The notes beneath the pieces are model-generated. The model was not told where the DNA came from, ran no database searches, and saw nothing but the letters and a program-made list of their open reading frames with translations. From contig CM060732.1 in NCBI GenBank assembly GCA_030704615.1, positions 43,958,001 through 44,022,000 of the forward strand: a stretch of DNA of 64,000 bases, written 5' to 3'. Positions 1-15,682 of this stretch are shown one piece after another (position 1 is the stretch's first letter; each line of letters begins with the position of its first letter). Origin of the DNA: Takakia lepidozioides (Eukaryota > Plantae > Bryophyta). Both the position numbers and the translations under genes were made by a program.

Positions 1-1353
1 TAATCTAATATACTTTCACTTTTTTGCCTTGATTGCCCCATCATTGACTGGGGTGGGAACATTCCAAAGTTTCTTATTGTTTCTATTATTTGTTTTGGAT
101 ATTTCCACAATGGCAGCAACATGTCACCATAGGTCCGGTCCACCCAATGAGCTAGCTTGGAGAATGGAACGTGAAAAGTTAGGGAGGATTCTGGTAAGAT
201 GGATAAACATGTTGAAATGTGTTGACTTCATTAGAGTGTTTGTTTTTGTCAATTGTGACGCTGCCAAATTGCTGCTTCCAGTTGACCAACTACCTATGCA
301 GGACATTTCGTGGGCGAAACTTAATGATCTAAGATAATCATGGAAAAGACCCAGGAAGAGAGAAGAAAAAAAAAGAAAAAAGAAAAAAGAAAAACCAAGT
401 TTCGCTGGTGAAACTTCAATATTCCTAGCCCTAGTTGTGCCCAAAGAAGAACCAAAAAGTTTCGCTGACGAAACTTCAATGATTTTGGCTCACAAACAAA
501 CACCAAAAAAAACACCTCAGCATTCGCCGCGAAACTTCAAGAGTTTTGCCAGAATCTCAAAAATAGATAGCTTGTGCTCACAGCATACTTTTGCAACAGT
601 TTTGCAATCCGTTGGCGTAAGCACAATTCCTTTTGACGTAGAATCTTTAAAAATTATTCAAATAATATGCTGAATATTCGCTTTTGCTCGCGTGAGTGGC
701 GTGAGTGGCGTGAGCCGTGAGTGGCCAACTGATTGCATGAATGGTCCGCACACAAAGCAGAAACACTTGCACACATTCCTTATGGTGGTCAGTTGTGGTC
801 CTCGACCTCGGTGGTTCGCATGTTTCTGCTGGACTTGAGGTAAACTCGCTTTTGGCCAGACAATTGAGTCCTTCTTCTTGGGATCAGTTAGCATTTGTCC
901 AATTCAGCACATGGAGAAAAGAGCATGCCCCTCTGAATCACGACAGCTGAGACGAGGCTGCTGCTAATCAATGCAGGGTGACATTACAAGCCTTGACATT
1001 ACGAATCTCCATCTCAACCCCTCTCCCCGGGGAGGACTTGCTGCCCTTTGCCAGGTGAGTTCCTCCAGCAGAGTAGGGTGGGGATTGCTGGTGAATCTCT
1101 GGGTGGGCTTGGCCAGGTAGATACTACTGCAACGAAAGTGATTGGCATCATTTGGTCCTGTAGTGATTTGTGTGGAAGCTTTTACCAAAGGTGGGTCATA
1201 GTAAAGGACTTGGAAGATGATTTAAGGATGCAAGAGAAACAATGGTGGTGAGAAAGACAAGTATGTAATGTTGGCGGCTTTTACAGAATTGAGCATTCGG
1301 AGAACAATCGAGAGGTGCCCCGGTGTCTCCTTATAGTGGTCACCTTAGTAGAT

Positions 1354-4249
<2,896 letters not shown>

Positions 4250-4859
4250 TTCACTGAGCTCTGTGAGTCGCTTGCTTGATTCAGTGTCTGCACTCTCTTC
4301 TTCAGGCTATGCCTTGTCTCTCCTCCCAGTGCTTAATCCCGTGTCTTCTGTTCCTGGATGGGCTACTTCCACAACCAGGGGACGGTTTGTGGGCGGTTAT
4401 TATACTCCCTGCCCCGGGAACTAGACAAATCATTCACTCAATCTGAGATCGAGATTATATTAAGTATACCCAATCTGCAAAAAGGGAATACAAACAAGTG
4501 AGGTAGCCTAGTCATCGAAATTCTTTCACACATTTCCTGTTCAGAAGTCGGATGATGCCGCCAAACACATGTGCTCGGAGATGAAGAATGCTAACTCTGG
4601 CTTTTGGTAGAGATAGTACGGTATCCAAAATCTGAGAAAGATTTGAACTCAAGATCATTCTACCATCTACTTCATAGATGGTGATGGATTGCTGCCACTG
4701 CATTCATAGTTGCTCTCATCCTGCTGCAGGTCCAGCCTTGTGGCCCACAATCTACAATCTGTTTTTGATTTTTTTCCTCCCTCTCTGATCTCTTCTCTTG
4801 TCCCCAGGCCATCGGACCTCCAGGCGCATTTGGGCTTCTCCAGGAACTTAGCAACAGCC

Positions 4860-7800
4860 ATGATCTCCTGTGAGCCACTCATGCTGTGGCCATGCAAGAC
4901 ACCCTCTCATGGCGCACTTCAAAGCCTGAACACCCAAGTTCCCACATGGAGAAGGCACGTCATGGCTTCGGCTGATAAGAGTGATGGAGTTGGCTCCCGT
5001 GGAGCAGGGACGAGCAAATCCAGAGCCCAACTGCGGAGCTCTTGTAGTGATGACAATCATGTTTTTATTGGGCTTGAGCGGCGAGAATTTGTGAGAGTGG
5101 TGGTTGCAGGGGCAGCATTGCTGAGCATGGGAGTCGCACATGCGGCTGGCGCGGAATTGGAAGGTGCTGCGGCAGCTGCTAAAAACGAGTATATCCAGAG
5201 TATTGGCTTCTCTCCCTTTTTGTTTCTGCCTTAAACTGTCCTGTTGTCTGAGGAGGGGTAGATACTGGCAGTTACGCACCCAGGTGGAGGAGCTTGCATT
5301 TAGGTGCACTTGGCAAATCTTGCACGCAACAAGTGGAGATGGAACATTATTTCTTCTTTCCTGCCTATGCAGGAGACCCTACTGTTCTTTTTCCAGAGGC
5401 TGCTCATCCCTGGCCAAGGCATTTGCTTTTGAGAGACCAGCAATGCTTGGTAGCTTACCTTCACGATGTGCTGTGTCGTTGTGCAGCCTAGTATGGAGTG
5501 CACACGTGGCCTGTTATGTTCTTGTCCCACAGGCTATGGGGGCAATCTGAAGTTTTCCAGATATCCTCTAGAAATCCCTTCACACAAATCTGCTGTGTGT
5601 GATTTGCCCAATAACAGATTTTGAAACTGTCGTATTGTCCGACAAGAATTCTTCCGGTCAAATCGGGTTTCTTGATCAAATACTGAAGTGTCATTTGATC
5701 AACAACAAAAGCAAATGGTGTGTCTCGGATCTGCTTCAAGGTAAGTCATACTACAGGGGTCAGCCCCTGACAAAGGTACTTTCTGTCGCGCTGTGTCAAA
5801 CTGGGCGTGGCGCTACAGCAGCAAACGTCTTATGAGTACATTCTCTTTCCAAATCTGTAACGTGAAGACCGTCTACCTATGCCCGCTTTCTCTGGGAACT
5901 ACAGGGAGATTGGAAGTGAAGAACATTTTTTCTTTCACTGCCCTTCATACTATGAGATCCATGGGAGATTCAACTGTTATTCCTGGATACCCAATCTCTC
6001 ATGGAGGTCTTCCATTACGAGAATCAGAAATGCTGGCAGCCTACCTGCATGGAACATTGACTCTTAGACAATCCCTTGAGCTTTAGTTGCTTTTGGGCTG
6101 TATGTGCCTACCCCACAACCAAAAAGTGGCTATTTGACAGCGTTGTCAACCTGGCTGCCACTTATGGTTGTAAATTCTGGGCACCTGGTGTCTTAGTTTC
6201 CTGGTGGGAAAAGAATCTGGAACCATTGTTGTTTCACTATTATCAGTGAATCCAGAAGGGGGCGGACATCACATCCAAGCAAGACCGCAACAGACTCATT
6301 AGAAGGGAGCTTATGGAACTACATGTCAGGAGAACTTGGAACCAATCTCACGACAAAGCTCCATTTCTATCAAGAGACATTCTTGGTTCTCCGAGATGTT
6401 AGAATCTTGCGGACCAATTACCTTTGGACATCGTTATCTCCTTCTCTCCTGAGGGCATTGGGGCGGTTCAGGGTCGGCTCCCACAACCTACGGATAGAGA
6501 CTGGCAGATGGGAAAACCTGCAACAGGAGGACCGCCTATGTCCAGCCTGCACACGGCGCAACCGGGAAATTGAAACTGAAGAACACTTCTTCTTCTATTG
6601 CCCTCTATACTGTGAGATCCGTGGGAGATTCCACTGTCTATTCCACCAAACCCAATCTCTCACTGAAGTCTTCCACTCTGAGGATCAGAAATGCTGGGCA
6701 GCTTACGTGCACAAGGCCTTCACCCTTAGACAATCGCTTGAGCAATAATTTTTATTTTTGGCTCTGGTTTTGTTTCCTCTCTCATGTTTTCTTCCATTTT
6801 TTTCCCATAAGCTCTATTGGCTTTCCGTGGACGTTATAAAGCACCATTTCATTTCATTTCATTTCTTCCGCTTGTCCCTTAAGCTCTTTGAGCTTCCCAT
6901 AGACGTTATAAAGTACCAATGCATTTCATTTCTGTCTAGTCATTTCTTGGTTTATTCTACCTTGTCCCATGGGCTCACCGCCTCACCGCATATCAGACAG
7001 CATGCTCCTTTCTTCTTTCTTCTCTCACAACTGCTTATGGTCAGGATGGATTACGAGTATTTTTCGGAGGTCTAAGCATGTTGTATGGGATGGGTGCATG
7101 CAGGGTGTGGATAAGTTGAGAAAGTAATATGACTGTAGTGTGTGCATGATGGCGCACAAACAAGGGCTCTGCAGTGCCAATATAAGCTGTTTCTGTGTTG
7201 GCATATGTGGAGCAGAGCTGCTTGAGAGGTCCCGTGCTAACAAGGCCAAATATGATAAACAGGTAGGCCATCCCTCTTTTCACGTGTTTCATGCAATGCT
7301 TGTACCAGCACAGTTGCAGTAGGTTTGCTCTGTTTTTCTGTTTTTGTGTCTGTGTTTGTCTACATTTGGGGGTTTTCATTCTTCGTCTCTGTCCTCCTCC
7401 AAGCTCAAGTCTCAAAGAGGGACACCAGAAGCAAACATCAATGTAAGCCTCCATACTCTGGTCTTCTGCGCAGCTGTAAATGAAATTGCAGTGAGGTAAG
7501 GTTTGAGACAAATGAATAGCCTCCTCTCTCCTGTTTATGACTTACATGACGGAGATTTCAGCCTGGAGCACCCTCACACATTTACTCTTCATTTGTGGCT
7601 ATGGGCAGCGGCTGGATGACTATTACAAGCGCAATTACAGAGACTATTTCGAGTTTGTGGAGGTAATCTTATCCTATAATAGCCCACTCACACTTGCAGG
7701 TAACTTAACCTGTTGGCTGTAATTATCTATGAGCTCGGGCTTACTACATATACACACCACACTACCCCCTGCCAAGGCGCAGGTGAGATAATGAAATCAT

Positions 7801-8023
7801 ACACATGAGGTTTTCCGTTGTCATATGATGCTTTTTATGGTGGCAAGGCCTAAAGAAACATTCTCCTGCAACAATCCTGTGATGTTCTTCTTTGAACAAA
7901 AATGCTCACACTGATGATAGTTCTTTTCATGGGTTTTGAATGCAGGGTACCCTGAAAAACAAGGGTGAACTATCAGAGGCGGAGAAAGGTATAGTTGAGT
8001 GGCTTGCAAAGAACAAACGCTGA
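4860..8023 (+). CDS. Chloroplast thylakoid PsaN-like protein. Exons 4860-5199, 7216-7262, 7609-7662, 7946-8023
   Basis: Transit-peptide-like N-terminus with a twin-Arg signal (RREFV...AALL...AHA). The spliced mature part reads YIQKLLERSRANKAKYDKQRLDDYYKRNYRDYFEFVEGTLKNKGELSEAEKGIVEWLAKNKR*, which I recognise as the small plant family annotated 'photosystem I subunit N-like'. All junctions are GT-AG and in phase. Confidence 0.8.
5290..6086 (+). mobile_element. Two older, degenerate copies of the same LINE 3' end (approx. 5290-5480 and 5790-6086)
   Basis: REIGSEEHFFFHCPSYYEIHGRF and VEMEHYFFFPAY align with ETEEHFFFYCPLYCEIRGRF of the 6323 copy. The ending TLRQSLE is shared. Confidence 0.65.
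6250..6935 (+). mobile_element. 3' end of a non-LTR retrotransposon (C-terminal zinc-finger region and CATTT tail) in intron 1 of the PsaN-like gene
   Basis: ORF 6323-6748 reads ALGRFRVGSHNLRIETGRW..RLCPAC..ETEEHFFFYCPLY, the typical post-RT CCHC region. It is followed by (CATTT)n at ~6845-6865, and the tail block is repeated at ~6900-6932. Confidence 0.8.
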
Positions 8024-11000
8024 ATTGGCCATATTTTTCTGGTGGAATAGAGGAGTCCCCTGCAGTTTGGAGCAGTTATTCTGCATCAGAGCCTTTTCCT
8101 GCTCTAGAGCCTTTTCCTCCCTAATTCTACCTACTGGTCTGAGGTGAAGATAGCTTCAGGCTGTTATTCTCTTTGCAATCCATTTCTAAAATCTACAGCA
8201 GATGCTTCAGTAAAATTGCCGCACTTGTGAGTAGTGGCAGATCAGTATTATATAGTCATAGAGTTGCCTCACGTATCTACCTCTACAGGTTTTACAGATT
8301 CAGCAGCTTTTGAATATCATGCTCAATGGAGCAAATGGACTATTCTGTATATTCTAAAAAGATTTCCTTGGGCATTCGGTTGCAAGAACAAATTATTCTC
8401 TTGTCATTCTATACACAAGAAAGAGTATTGGTTATTATGCATTGGCTCAGAGAGAGATATACACCATTAGCCATCTCTTGAAAAAGAGCTCGTTATAATG
8501 GAGTTTCTTCCATTCCATTGGATATGGCCGCAAATTGGCATTATGCAGGTCCTTAGGAAGATTCACAAGATTTCCCTTGATGATGACATCCAGTTCGTTT
8601 TGTGCTTCCACAATAACCTGAAGTGGCAAAGCTTCTCAGTTCAACCTCAACAAAATCCGCTTCCTCACATAAAGAAGGATCACTTCTGACCTCCAGACCT
8701 GTTTGTTGAGCCATCGTAGCATCAAGATTCCAAATTTTCAACCACTCAACATTCTCTGCGGGCTCTGGAAACCGCACACGTCAAAGTGGAGAAGGGCCGT
8801 GTGGATTCTCAGCGAGCTCTCGTGCCAAGTGTTTGCGTGGATTGTTAGAATAATGACGATAACGAGATGGTGGCTTGCACATGCCCGGTACAAAGAAGAT
8901 TGAAACAGCGCCTTTCAACTTTCAGCCAAGCTTGCATGACCCTCCACCAAATTGGAGAGAATATCCAAAATGAAGCCGAGTCGGAGATGCAAGCAGGCAG
9001 AAAAGAACAAAGAGCTATCTACCATAGACGTCTTCTTATAATTTCTTGTATGATCATTTTTTCGTGTCCAGGGTTCAGGGTTTACCTAGGTGAATTTCAG
9101 TGGAAGTATGATGTGGTTTCTGTGGGCAAAGAAAGAGTAGTTTGGGGAAGCCTTTGAGAAAGCCTAGCGTAAGTCGCTGCGTGGCGCAACTTCCTCCCCT
9201 GCATCGTTCATGCTTACGGTTGACGGGGCTGCCAATGTCCAGAGTTTGGGTATGTCTGTTGCAACTCAAATGATCGAAACATTGGAATGTGGGTTTTGAC
9301 TATGATGCTGATGTTGTATAGTTTGAATCACATTCTTCTCCAGCAATTGCCCATTTGTCTCCCCCTTGGCTGCTTGGGAAGGCTTGATTGTTGCCTCTTT
9401 TACAGGAGCTTTTTTCGGTTGTTTGTCGGCTAGGATTTCTAGAGCATTGTCGTATCGAGGACATTTCTTTCCCCGGGGTTAGACCATCAGTATTCAATTC
9501 ATCACAGGGCAGGTATACTTTGGCTGGGGATGGGTTGACAGGCTACTATCTTTTACTGTGGCTCTCGATGGCGATGTCTCTGAGAAGCACCTACCGCACA
9601 CTTTCGACTCGTAAGCAATGTGGCATGTTATCATTATTTTTATTCTATGTCCAACGAGACTAGGAAAGAGCTGCAGTATCCTTGACGGAAGAAATTTTAA
9701 CCGTTTCTTATTGAGGGATCAGAGTACAACGTTGAACTCCATCACATGGTTTTTCAGTGAGATTGGTGGTGGTAAATAAGTCCCAGTGAGAGCATTGGCC
9801 AAGGTGAATAGCAAAGAGCAGTGATATTCTTAAAGAGAGCAGTTGTACCGTTTTCAATTTGAGAGATCAGCGTACAACAAAAACTTCATCATCTGGTTCT
9901 CATGGAGATTAATGGTGGTAGGTAAGGCTAGCAGTTGGGGTAACTTCACTAAAACTCGATGTGGAAGTTTGAACTTTGCCAGATGAGGGTGGGTGGATGC
10001 CCAGAAGCATGTCGGTGATTGTGGTCTGGAGATTGTGGTCTGGAAACATAACTGGTCCCGCAACCTTTCAATTTGTTAATGTTTGTTTTGAATTTGTGTC
10101 TGCATGTGTGCAGACCTCTAAACTTAGTAACTCGAGCAGTGTCTAAAGTTAGTCTAACTCCAGCAGGTTCGGGCAGGCATCCAAGTATTTGATGCAGTGG
10201 GGCAGATTCTGCGTAGTGAACCCTGGCAACTGGTAAATATGTCATTCCTTGTTGCAGAGTACTAACGGAAATTCTAGCTGCTCTCCTCCAATAATTGTAT
10301 CTCTTCAGCCCATGACATGTCTCTATCTTTATTTTGCATTGAGGTCTGCAGAATTTTATAGTGGAGCAGTGGCTGGTGTAAGGATGGTGCACACATGGAT
10401 CACGCATGCATGATCAAGTTTTGGGGCTGGCATCACAAAGAGCAGTTGCGGCAAGAACAAGCCAAGATACACCTCAGGATGACATAGGGAGGTCTGCATA
10501 GTGCTAAATGCAAAAGAAGTAACTTCAACTGCAAACAAGTTCATTGGAAGCAAGCTATATACCAGTGACATGCAGGGTATGTGGACGGACTGTCGAGTCT
10601 TCCATTATGGTGTGTGAAGGATTGTCGCGGGTGCTACATCTCAAAGCTACAGGACGCAAGTGCACTGACAGGTTGAAGTTTACACACCTTTTCTGCCGAA
10701 GCTGATTATTAGCTCTCTAGGGATTGCATTAATTAGGTCATGCTGTTTACAAAATGAGTAGATGTTTTGTCACTTGGATACATCTACACTTTAGAATGGT
10801 CAAGCAAATTTAGCTTTTGTCAGGCTAGGTCAAGGTCACTTTCATTTGTGGTTATAAGTGTCGGGATATGTTTTTGGGAATATCACATACGAAGTAGAAA
10901 ATTCATGGTTCTTGAAGATACCAAAAGGACTTCTCCTGTCTCCTCTCTTTTCATTCAATAAAGAAAGAAGAATGGAAGGAGACAATGCTTAGAGAATTGA

Positions 11001-11682
11001 GGAGTTGTTGTGGAGTTCTGTGAACTAAGGAAATCAGTGATACTGTAGACCTTCAAGATCTTAGCGATGTACACCCAAAGATTCAACAGGTGTAGGACCT
11101 CAGCAAAGATTCAAGAGGTGTGGGCATTGAAAGTGGAATGTTATAAAGCAGGAGGAACTGGCAAGGAAAAATGTATGAGCTTGACTCAGAAGTTTTGAAA
11201 AAAGAGGGTGGTAAGAAAACCATGTTTGTCATGGTTTTGTACTCAAAGAGATACTTAACATGCTATTCAACTAGATAGGAGATCTGACTTGACAATGTCT
11301 GTGTGAAATTACATGCACTTCCATTATCTTTTGTACTAGGATACCAGTCTCCACACTCTCCACATTTCATTTCTTTGGGTTTGGCTAACAAATCTTATCA
11401 TGGCCAATGTGTCTTACTTCACATAGTTGTGATGAGCTAGGAGGGCATGATCTTGAGGGCTGCTTGTTTTTATTGCAGGATTGAGTAAGAAATTTGAGCG
11501 TTTCTCCAGATTGCAACCCTTGCAAAAAGCACCTTTGGTTGTAGAAACGATGCTTCCCTGAAAAATATGTGTGATGTGACCACAAGAACAGTGCACTTAT
11601 ATCCCAGGCAAACTTTGCATGTGACTATAATAGCCTGTTAGCATTTCAGCCTGGTTGCAAGCTGTTAGTTAGCTTTGACAAG

Positions 11683-13299
11683 ATGTCTGATTGTGGGCTG
11701 GGATCAACACGTCTTTGTGAAAAGGAGCCGGTAGTCCAATTGAGCGAAGGTTCCAGGGTTGAAGATGAGGCCTCTTTGGTGGGGGTGAAGGCACGTTTTA
11801 GATACTTTTGCCAGCGGATTGTGAAGTTCAGACAAGACTGGATGTTCTCTATTGGGTTGTGTGTGCTTGTGTTGGTTTTGAGCGCATTCGTGGCTTATGC
11901 ATTGGATAGGAGATTTCCAATCATTATCAAGATTGGGATACACCGATTGCAGCACTCCCGCTATTTCCCAAGCCTTATTCAGAAGTGGGTGTTGCATCAA
12001 TACAACAGGGCTGACAAACAGGTGTTTAGTGATTTGACGGGGAAGGAACAAATGCTCACTTATCCACTGCTGTGGATGGCCCCCTTCTTATCAGGTGGTG
12101 GCTATTGTTCAGAGGCCATCTCATATGCATCTGCCCTGGAAGCCACTAAGTTGGTGCCCAACCTCAATATTCAGCAGCATGGAGACCTTGAAAGTTTGGT
12201 TTTCTGGCAGGGTTTGCCATATGACACCAAGAAGCTGTTGCTCTCACTTCTTATGAAGGAAGCTCAGGTGACGAACAGCATAGTCATTTGCCACAGTGAA
12301 CCGGGGGCCTGGTATCCAGCTCTCTTCCAGACAGTCCAGTGCCCTCCAACTGGTTATGACGAGCCAATGTACGTGATAGGCCGCACAATGTTTGAGACAG
12401 ACAGGGTCACTCCCCATCATGTGGAGAGGTGCAACAAGATGGATGAGGTATGGGTGCCCTCTCAATTCCATCTGGAGACTTTCACACAAAGTGGGGTAAT
12501 GCCAGAGAAATTGGTGAAGGTGGTGCAGGCTGTTGACACACAGTTCTTCAACCCGGCAAGAGTGAAACCGTTGCAATTGTCTGCAGACCGGCTCCTATTG
12601 GGCTCAAAGGTAGAGAACGTGGAGAAGACAAAAGAACCTTATGTTTATTTGAGCATCTTCAAGTGGGAGAGGCGCAAGGGCTGGGATATACTGATCACAG
12701 CGTATCTGCAAGAGTTCTCAGGTAAAGATAATGTGGCCCTGTACCTACTCACAAACCCCTACCATACAACAAATCGGGATTTTGCTGCCTTGGTGGAAGA
12801 ATTCGTGAGGAAGCTTGGGATTCCGGAGCCACATGCAGGCTGGCCAGCCATTTACTTGCTTGACCGACACATTCCTCAAGGTGATATGCCGCGATTGTAT
12901 AAATTTGCACATTGTTTTGTGCTTCCTTCTAGAGGAGAAGGGTGGGGTCGCCCACATGTGGAGGCCATGGCTATGGAGTTGCCTGTCATTGCAACCAATT
13001 GGTCTGGGATGACAGAGTACATGACCAACTACAATAGCTATCCTCTGCCCGTAGACAGAATGGTGAGGGTGCCTGAGGGTCCATTCCAGGGGCATCTTTG
13101 GGCAGAACCTTCAGTCCATAGTCTGCAGTTTTTGATGAGGCATGTGTTTACCAATCCAAAGGAGGCTGATGGGAGAGGGAAGGTAGCCCGGAAGGACATG
13201 GTGACGAAGTATGCTCCGGATGTTGTTGCCAAGGGCATCCTGGAGCAGCTCATGCGGATACAGTATATGCTTAATTTGAGGAAGGGGAGTGGTATTTGA
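11683..13299 (+). CDS. Membrane-anchored GT4-family (GT-B, Glycos_transf_1-like) glycosyltransferase, single exon, 538 aa
   Basis: Intact ORF with an N-terminal hydrophobic helix (WMFSIGLCVLVLVLSAFVAYAL), GRTMFETDR, FKWERRKGWD and the GT4 E-x7-E signature LPSRGEGWGRPHVEAMAMELPVIATNWSG. Confidence 0.9.
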   Translation: MSDCGLGSTRLCEKEPVVQLSEGSRVEDEASLVGVKARFRYFCQRIVKFRQDWMFSIGLCVLVLVLSAFVAYALDRRFPIIIKIGIHRLQHSRYFPSLIQKWVLHQYNRADKQVFSDLTGKEQMLTYPLLWMAPFLSGGGYCSEAISYASALEATKLVPNLNIQQHGDLESLVFWQGLPYDTKKLLLSLLMKEAQVTNSIVICHSEPGAWYPALFQTVQCPPTGYDEPMYVIGRTMFETDRVTPHHVERCNKMDEVWVPSQFHLETFTQSGVMPEKLVKVVQAVDTQFFNPARVKPLQLSADRLLLGSKVENVEKTKEPYVYLSIFKWERRKGWDILITAYLQEFSGKDNVALYLLTNPYHTTNRDFAALVEEFVRKLGIPEPHAGWPAIYLLDRHIPQGDMPRLYKFAHCFVLPSRGEGWGRPHVEAMAMELPVIATNWSGMTEYMTNYNSYPLPVDRMVRVPEGPFQGHLWAEPSVHSLQFLMRHVFTNPKEADGRGKVARKDMVTKYAPDVVAKGILEQLMRIQYMLNLRKGSGI

Positions 13300-14067
13300 G
13301 GACTGCTGTGGATCTCTGCCACTCATTTTGACCTGGCCAGAAGGTCGGTTTTTCCTTTCTTTGGCATACACAGGAAATCCCAGGGAAATCTTGGGGATTG
13401 TTTTATGTATGTAATGTCAGTCTATGGTCAAATTAATGTCTGGGTGTTGGGCTAACCCCTTACCAAATTGCAGGAAGGTATTTCTGAGAGGGACTAGGCT
13501 TTCCCATGGAGGCCCTCTTCAATTGTACACAGCTCCTCAACAAGAGAAAGTAGCAAGAAATGCTGACACAAGCATTCAAAGTGCTCCTTGTAATTCTTCT
13601 TGTGTAGGAAGCCACAAATGCTCAAATCCTTCCTTGCAGTTCAGCTGTCATTTTAACTGACCAGTATGTAATCATAAGTGGAAAAAAGGTTGAAGTTGAA
13701 GTTTGTTGGAGGAGGGATTGGGCCCACAAGTAAAAGATTAGCCGGGACCAGATTATAATCACCTGTTGAGATCCATTTTCACCTGTTTAAACAGCAATTA
13801 TCTAGTTTCTTGTTCAGGAGGAGAATCCACCTCTTGAGTCTATGATGAATGAAGTACATTGCCTTGGTGCAGTGCTCAGACCCTCCCTATTATAGTTATG
13901 AATTGGTCGTGCAATTATTGAATGATTGTGTATTGCTTTTCAATTATATTAAATACTATATTGGGCAACTTATGCGCAACAAGAACAACAAGCAGGTAGT
14001 TGTGTAATGGCTCCACCTTGATTACAAAACTTAAATGCTAGTGCTAAATATAATGGAAGTCAATGTA

Positions 14068-14160
14068 AAAGAGAGAGAGAGATGACTCCGGCCGAGGCCC
14101 GCGTAACTAAGAGCCACTTCGCCTTGCGACTACTGCCCCCTTTCGGGGGTCGGCCCTAAG
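14068..14160 (-). repeat. Second copy of the RLE-LINE 3' terminus with its (TC)n tail
   Basis: gactccggccgaggcccgcgtaactaagagccacttcgccttgcgactactgcccc is near-identical to 14457-14512. Confidence 0.8.
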
Positions 14161-14444
14161 TCAATAGAATATAATAAAACTGAAGGAATAAATCCCAAGG
14201 TAAAATGTTGCCAATATTGTCAAAGTAGTCATATATTGCAACGAAAAATCACAAACAATTTACAAAATTGGATACTAAAATCCAAACATGCTTCACGTAT
14301 GAAAGTGCCCACTCTCAATAGCGTGTCTATCATCATAAAGTAGTTGAAGAGGGGTACACGCAACAAATTGATCGCCCACAGAAAACATTACTATTTTATT
14401 TACTCGAGACCATAACCGAACTGGTCTTTGCAAATAATTTGTAA

Positions 14445-15682
14445 AGAGAGATAGAAGACTCCGGCCGAAGCCGGCGTAACTAAGAGCCACTTCGCCTTGC
14501 GGCTACTGCCCCTTTTCAAGGGTGGGCCCTATGTGAAATGCCGGTGCCCAGGGGGCACTAAATGACCGGTTGATGGAGAGAAGCCCGAGCCAAAGGTACC
14601 ACATAGTACCCAAGGGGACTCACGGGAACCCCATGGGTACCCACAGGTACCTAAAGGCGACTGGAATACCTAGGGGGCAAGAAGGGTATAGATTCAAGCT
14701 GACGTTTGTTGGTAATGATAGCGGTAAGAAAGCGGAGCGCTGTGAGGTGTATAGCTTTAAAGCATTTATGGATGGAAGTGAGATGAAGTTTAAAGTTGTT
14801 GGCATTATGTATGCCCCCTCTAGTGCCAGCAGAGATGACAGTAAGGGGGCCTGTGGCCCATCCTCGCCTGCGGATAGCAAGGATAAGTGGTGCATATTTT
14901 TGGCGTTTTTCGAGGATAGAGGAGTTGGGGAAACAGTCGTGGCAATATGTAAATTCTATGAAATGGATGGTGTAAGCAGGGGACGGTTCAGTGGGTGGAA
15001 GAGCATTAGTGGGAAGTCCCTGGACTAGAAAGATATCCGGGCAGAGTCGGACAGGGCATTTGCAGGGTGAGTGAGGACTGCATTTACAGGGAAGCAGCCA
15101 CGGTGGTACCGTATGGTCCGGGGGTCGGCCTTGATAGGTACCTGCATTGATGAGTGAGAACCATCGAGTGACATCACCTTTGAGGAGGAGTTTATGGATA
15201 TGTCATACTGCGTGGTTATGTCGAGCAATACGGAGTCCGTGGATGACGAGGTGGGGACAGCTATTGAGAAGATGGGGCCAGGTATCGCGGGTCGCGTGGA
15301 TGTGGGAACAAAGTGGGCAGTGCGGGGAAAGGAAGCGGGTGGGCCAGAAGGTGTGCTTGCGTTGATGATCCATGTATTGGGCGTATCTGAATTTGAGGGT
15401 CTGTCGTAGTTGAGCATCAGATACGGCTTTAGTGTACCAAAAGTGGTTTGATAGTTTGTGGTGGAGTACAGTGGATTGGATATGTAGTTTGGTATGGCTA
15501 AGAGAAGCCGAGGCTTGTTTGTTAGCTTCTTTAGTCATAGTAGAAAGAAGGTTCCGGATTGGCCAGGGTTCTGATGGGTTGGGTACCGGGTGAAGCAGCC
15601 AAAAGGGGTGTGCATGTGCGATGTGGATGGGGTCTGCCAAAGGTTCAACTGGGGGTTTGGAGGCCCCTAGTTGGCTAAACAA
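14445..15682 (-). mobile_element. 5'-truncated non-LTR retrotransposon with CCHC finger and restriction-like endonuclease (RLE); Dualen/RandI-like
   Basis: One minus frame, with a single stop at 15203-15205, reads HCPLC..RDTWPHLLNSC..RIARHNHAV*...RLCPDIFL...IHFIEFTYCHD...EKRQKYAPL...GTRGGIH. This is the RHN / PD / E / K-x-x-KY layout of RLE domains. The 3' UTR ends in a (TC)-rich tail near 14445. Confidence 0.7.

Noticed and set aside
8400-11600. Short ORFs and splice-like signals upstream of the glycosyltransferase
   Set aside because: No recognisable protein motifs. They may be UTR exons or very old LINE debris, with a small tandem duplication near 9690-9930.
11704-13371. Antisense ORFs over the glycosyltransferase, and the many similar short ORFs over other genes and repeats
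   Set aside because: They are shadow frames of real coding or repetitive sequence, with no motifs.
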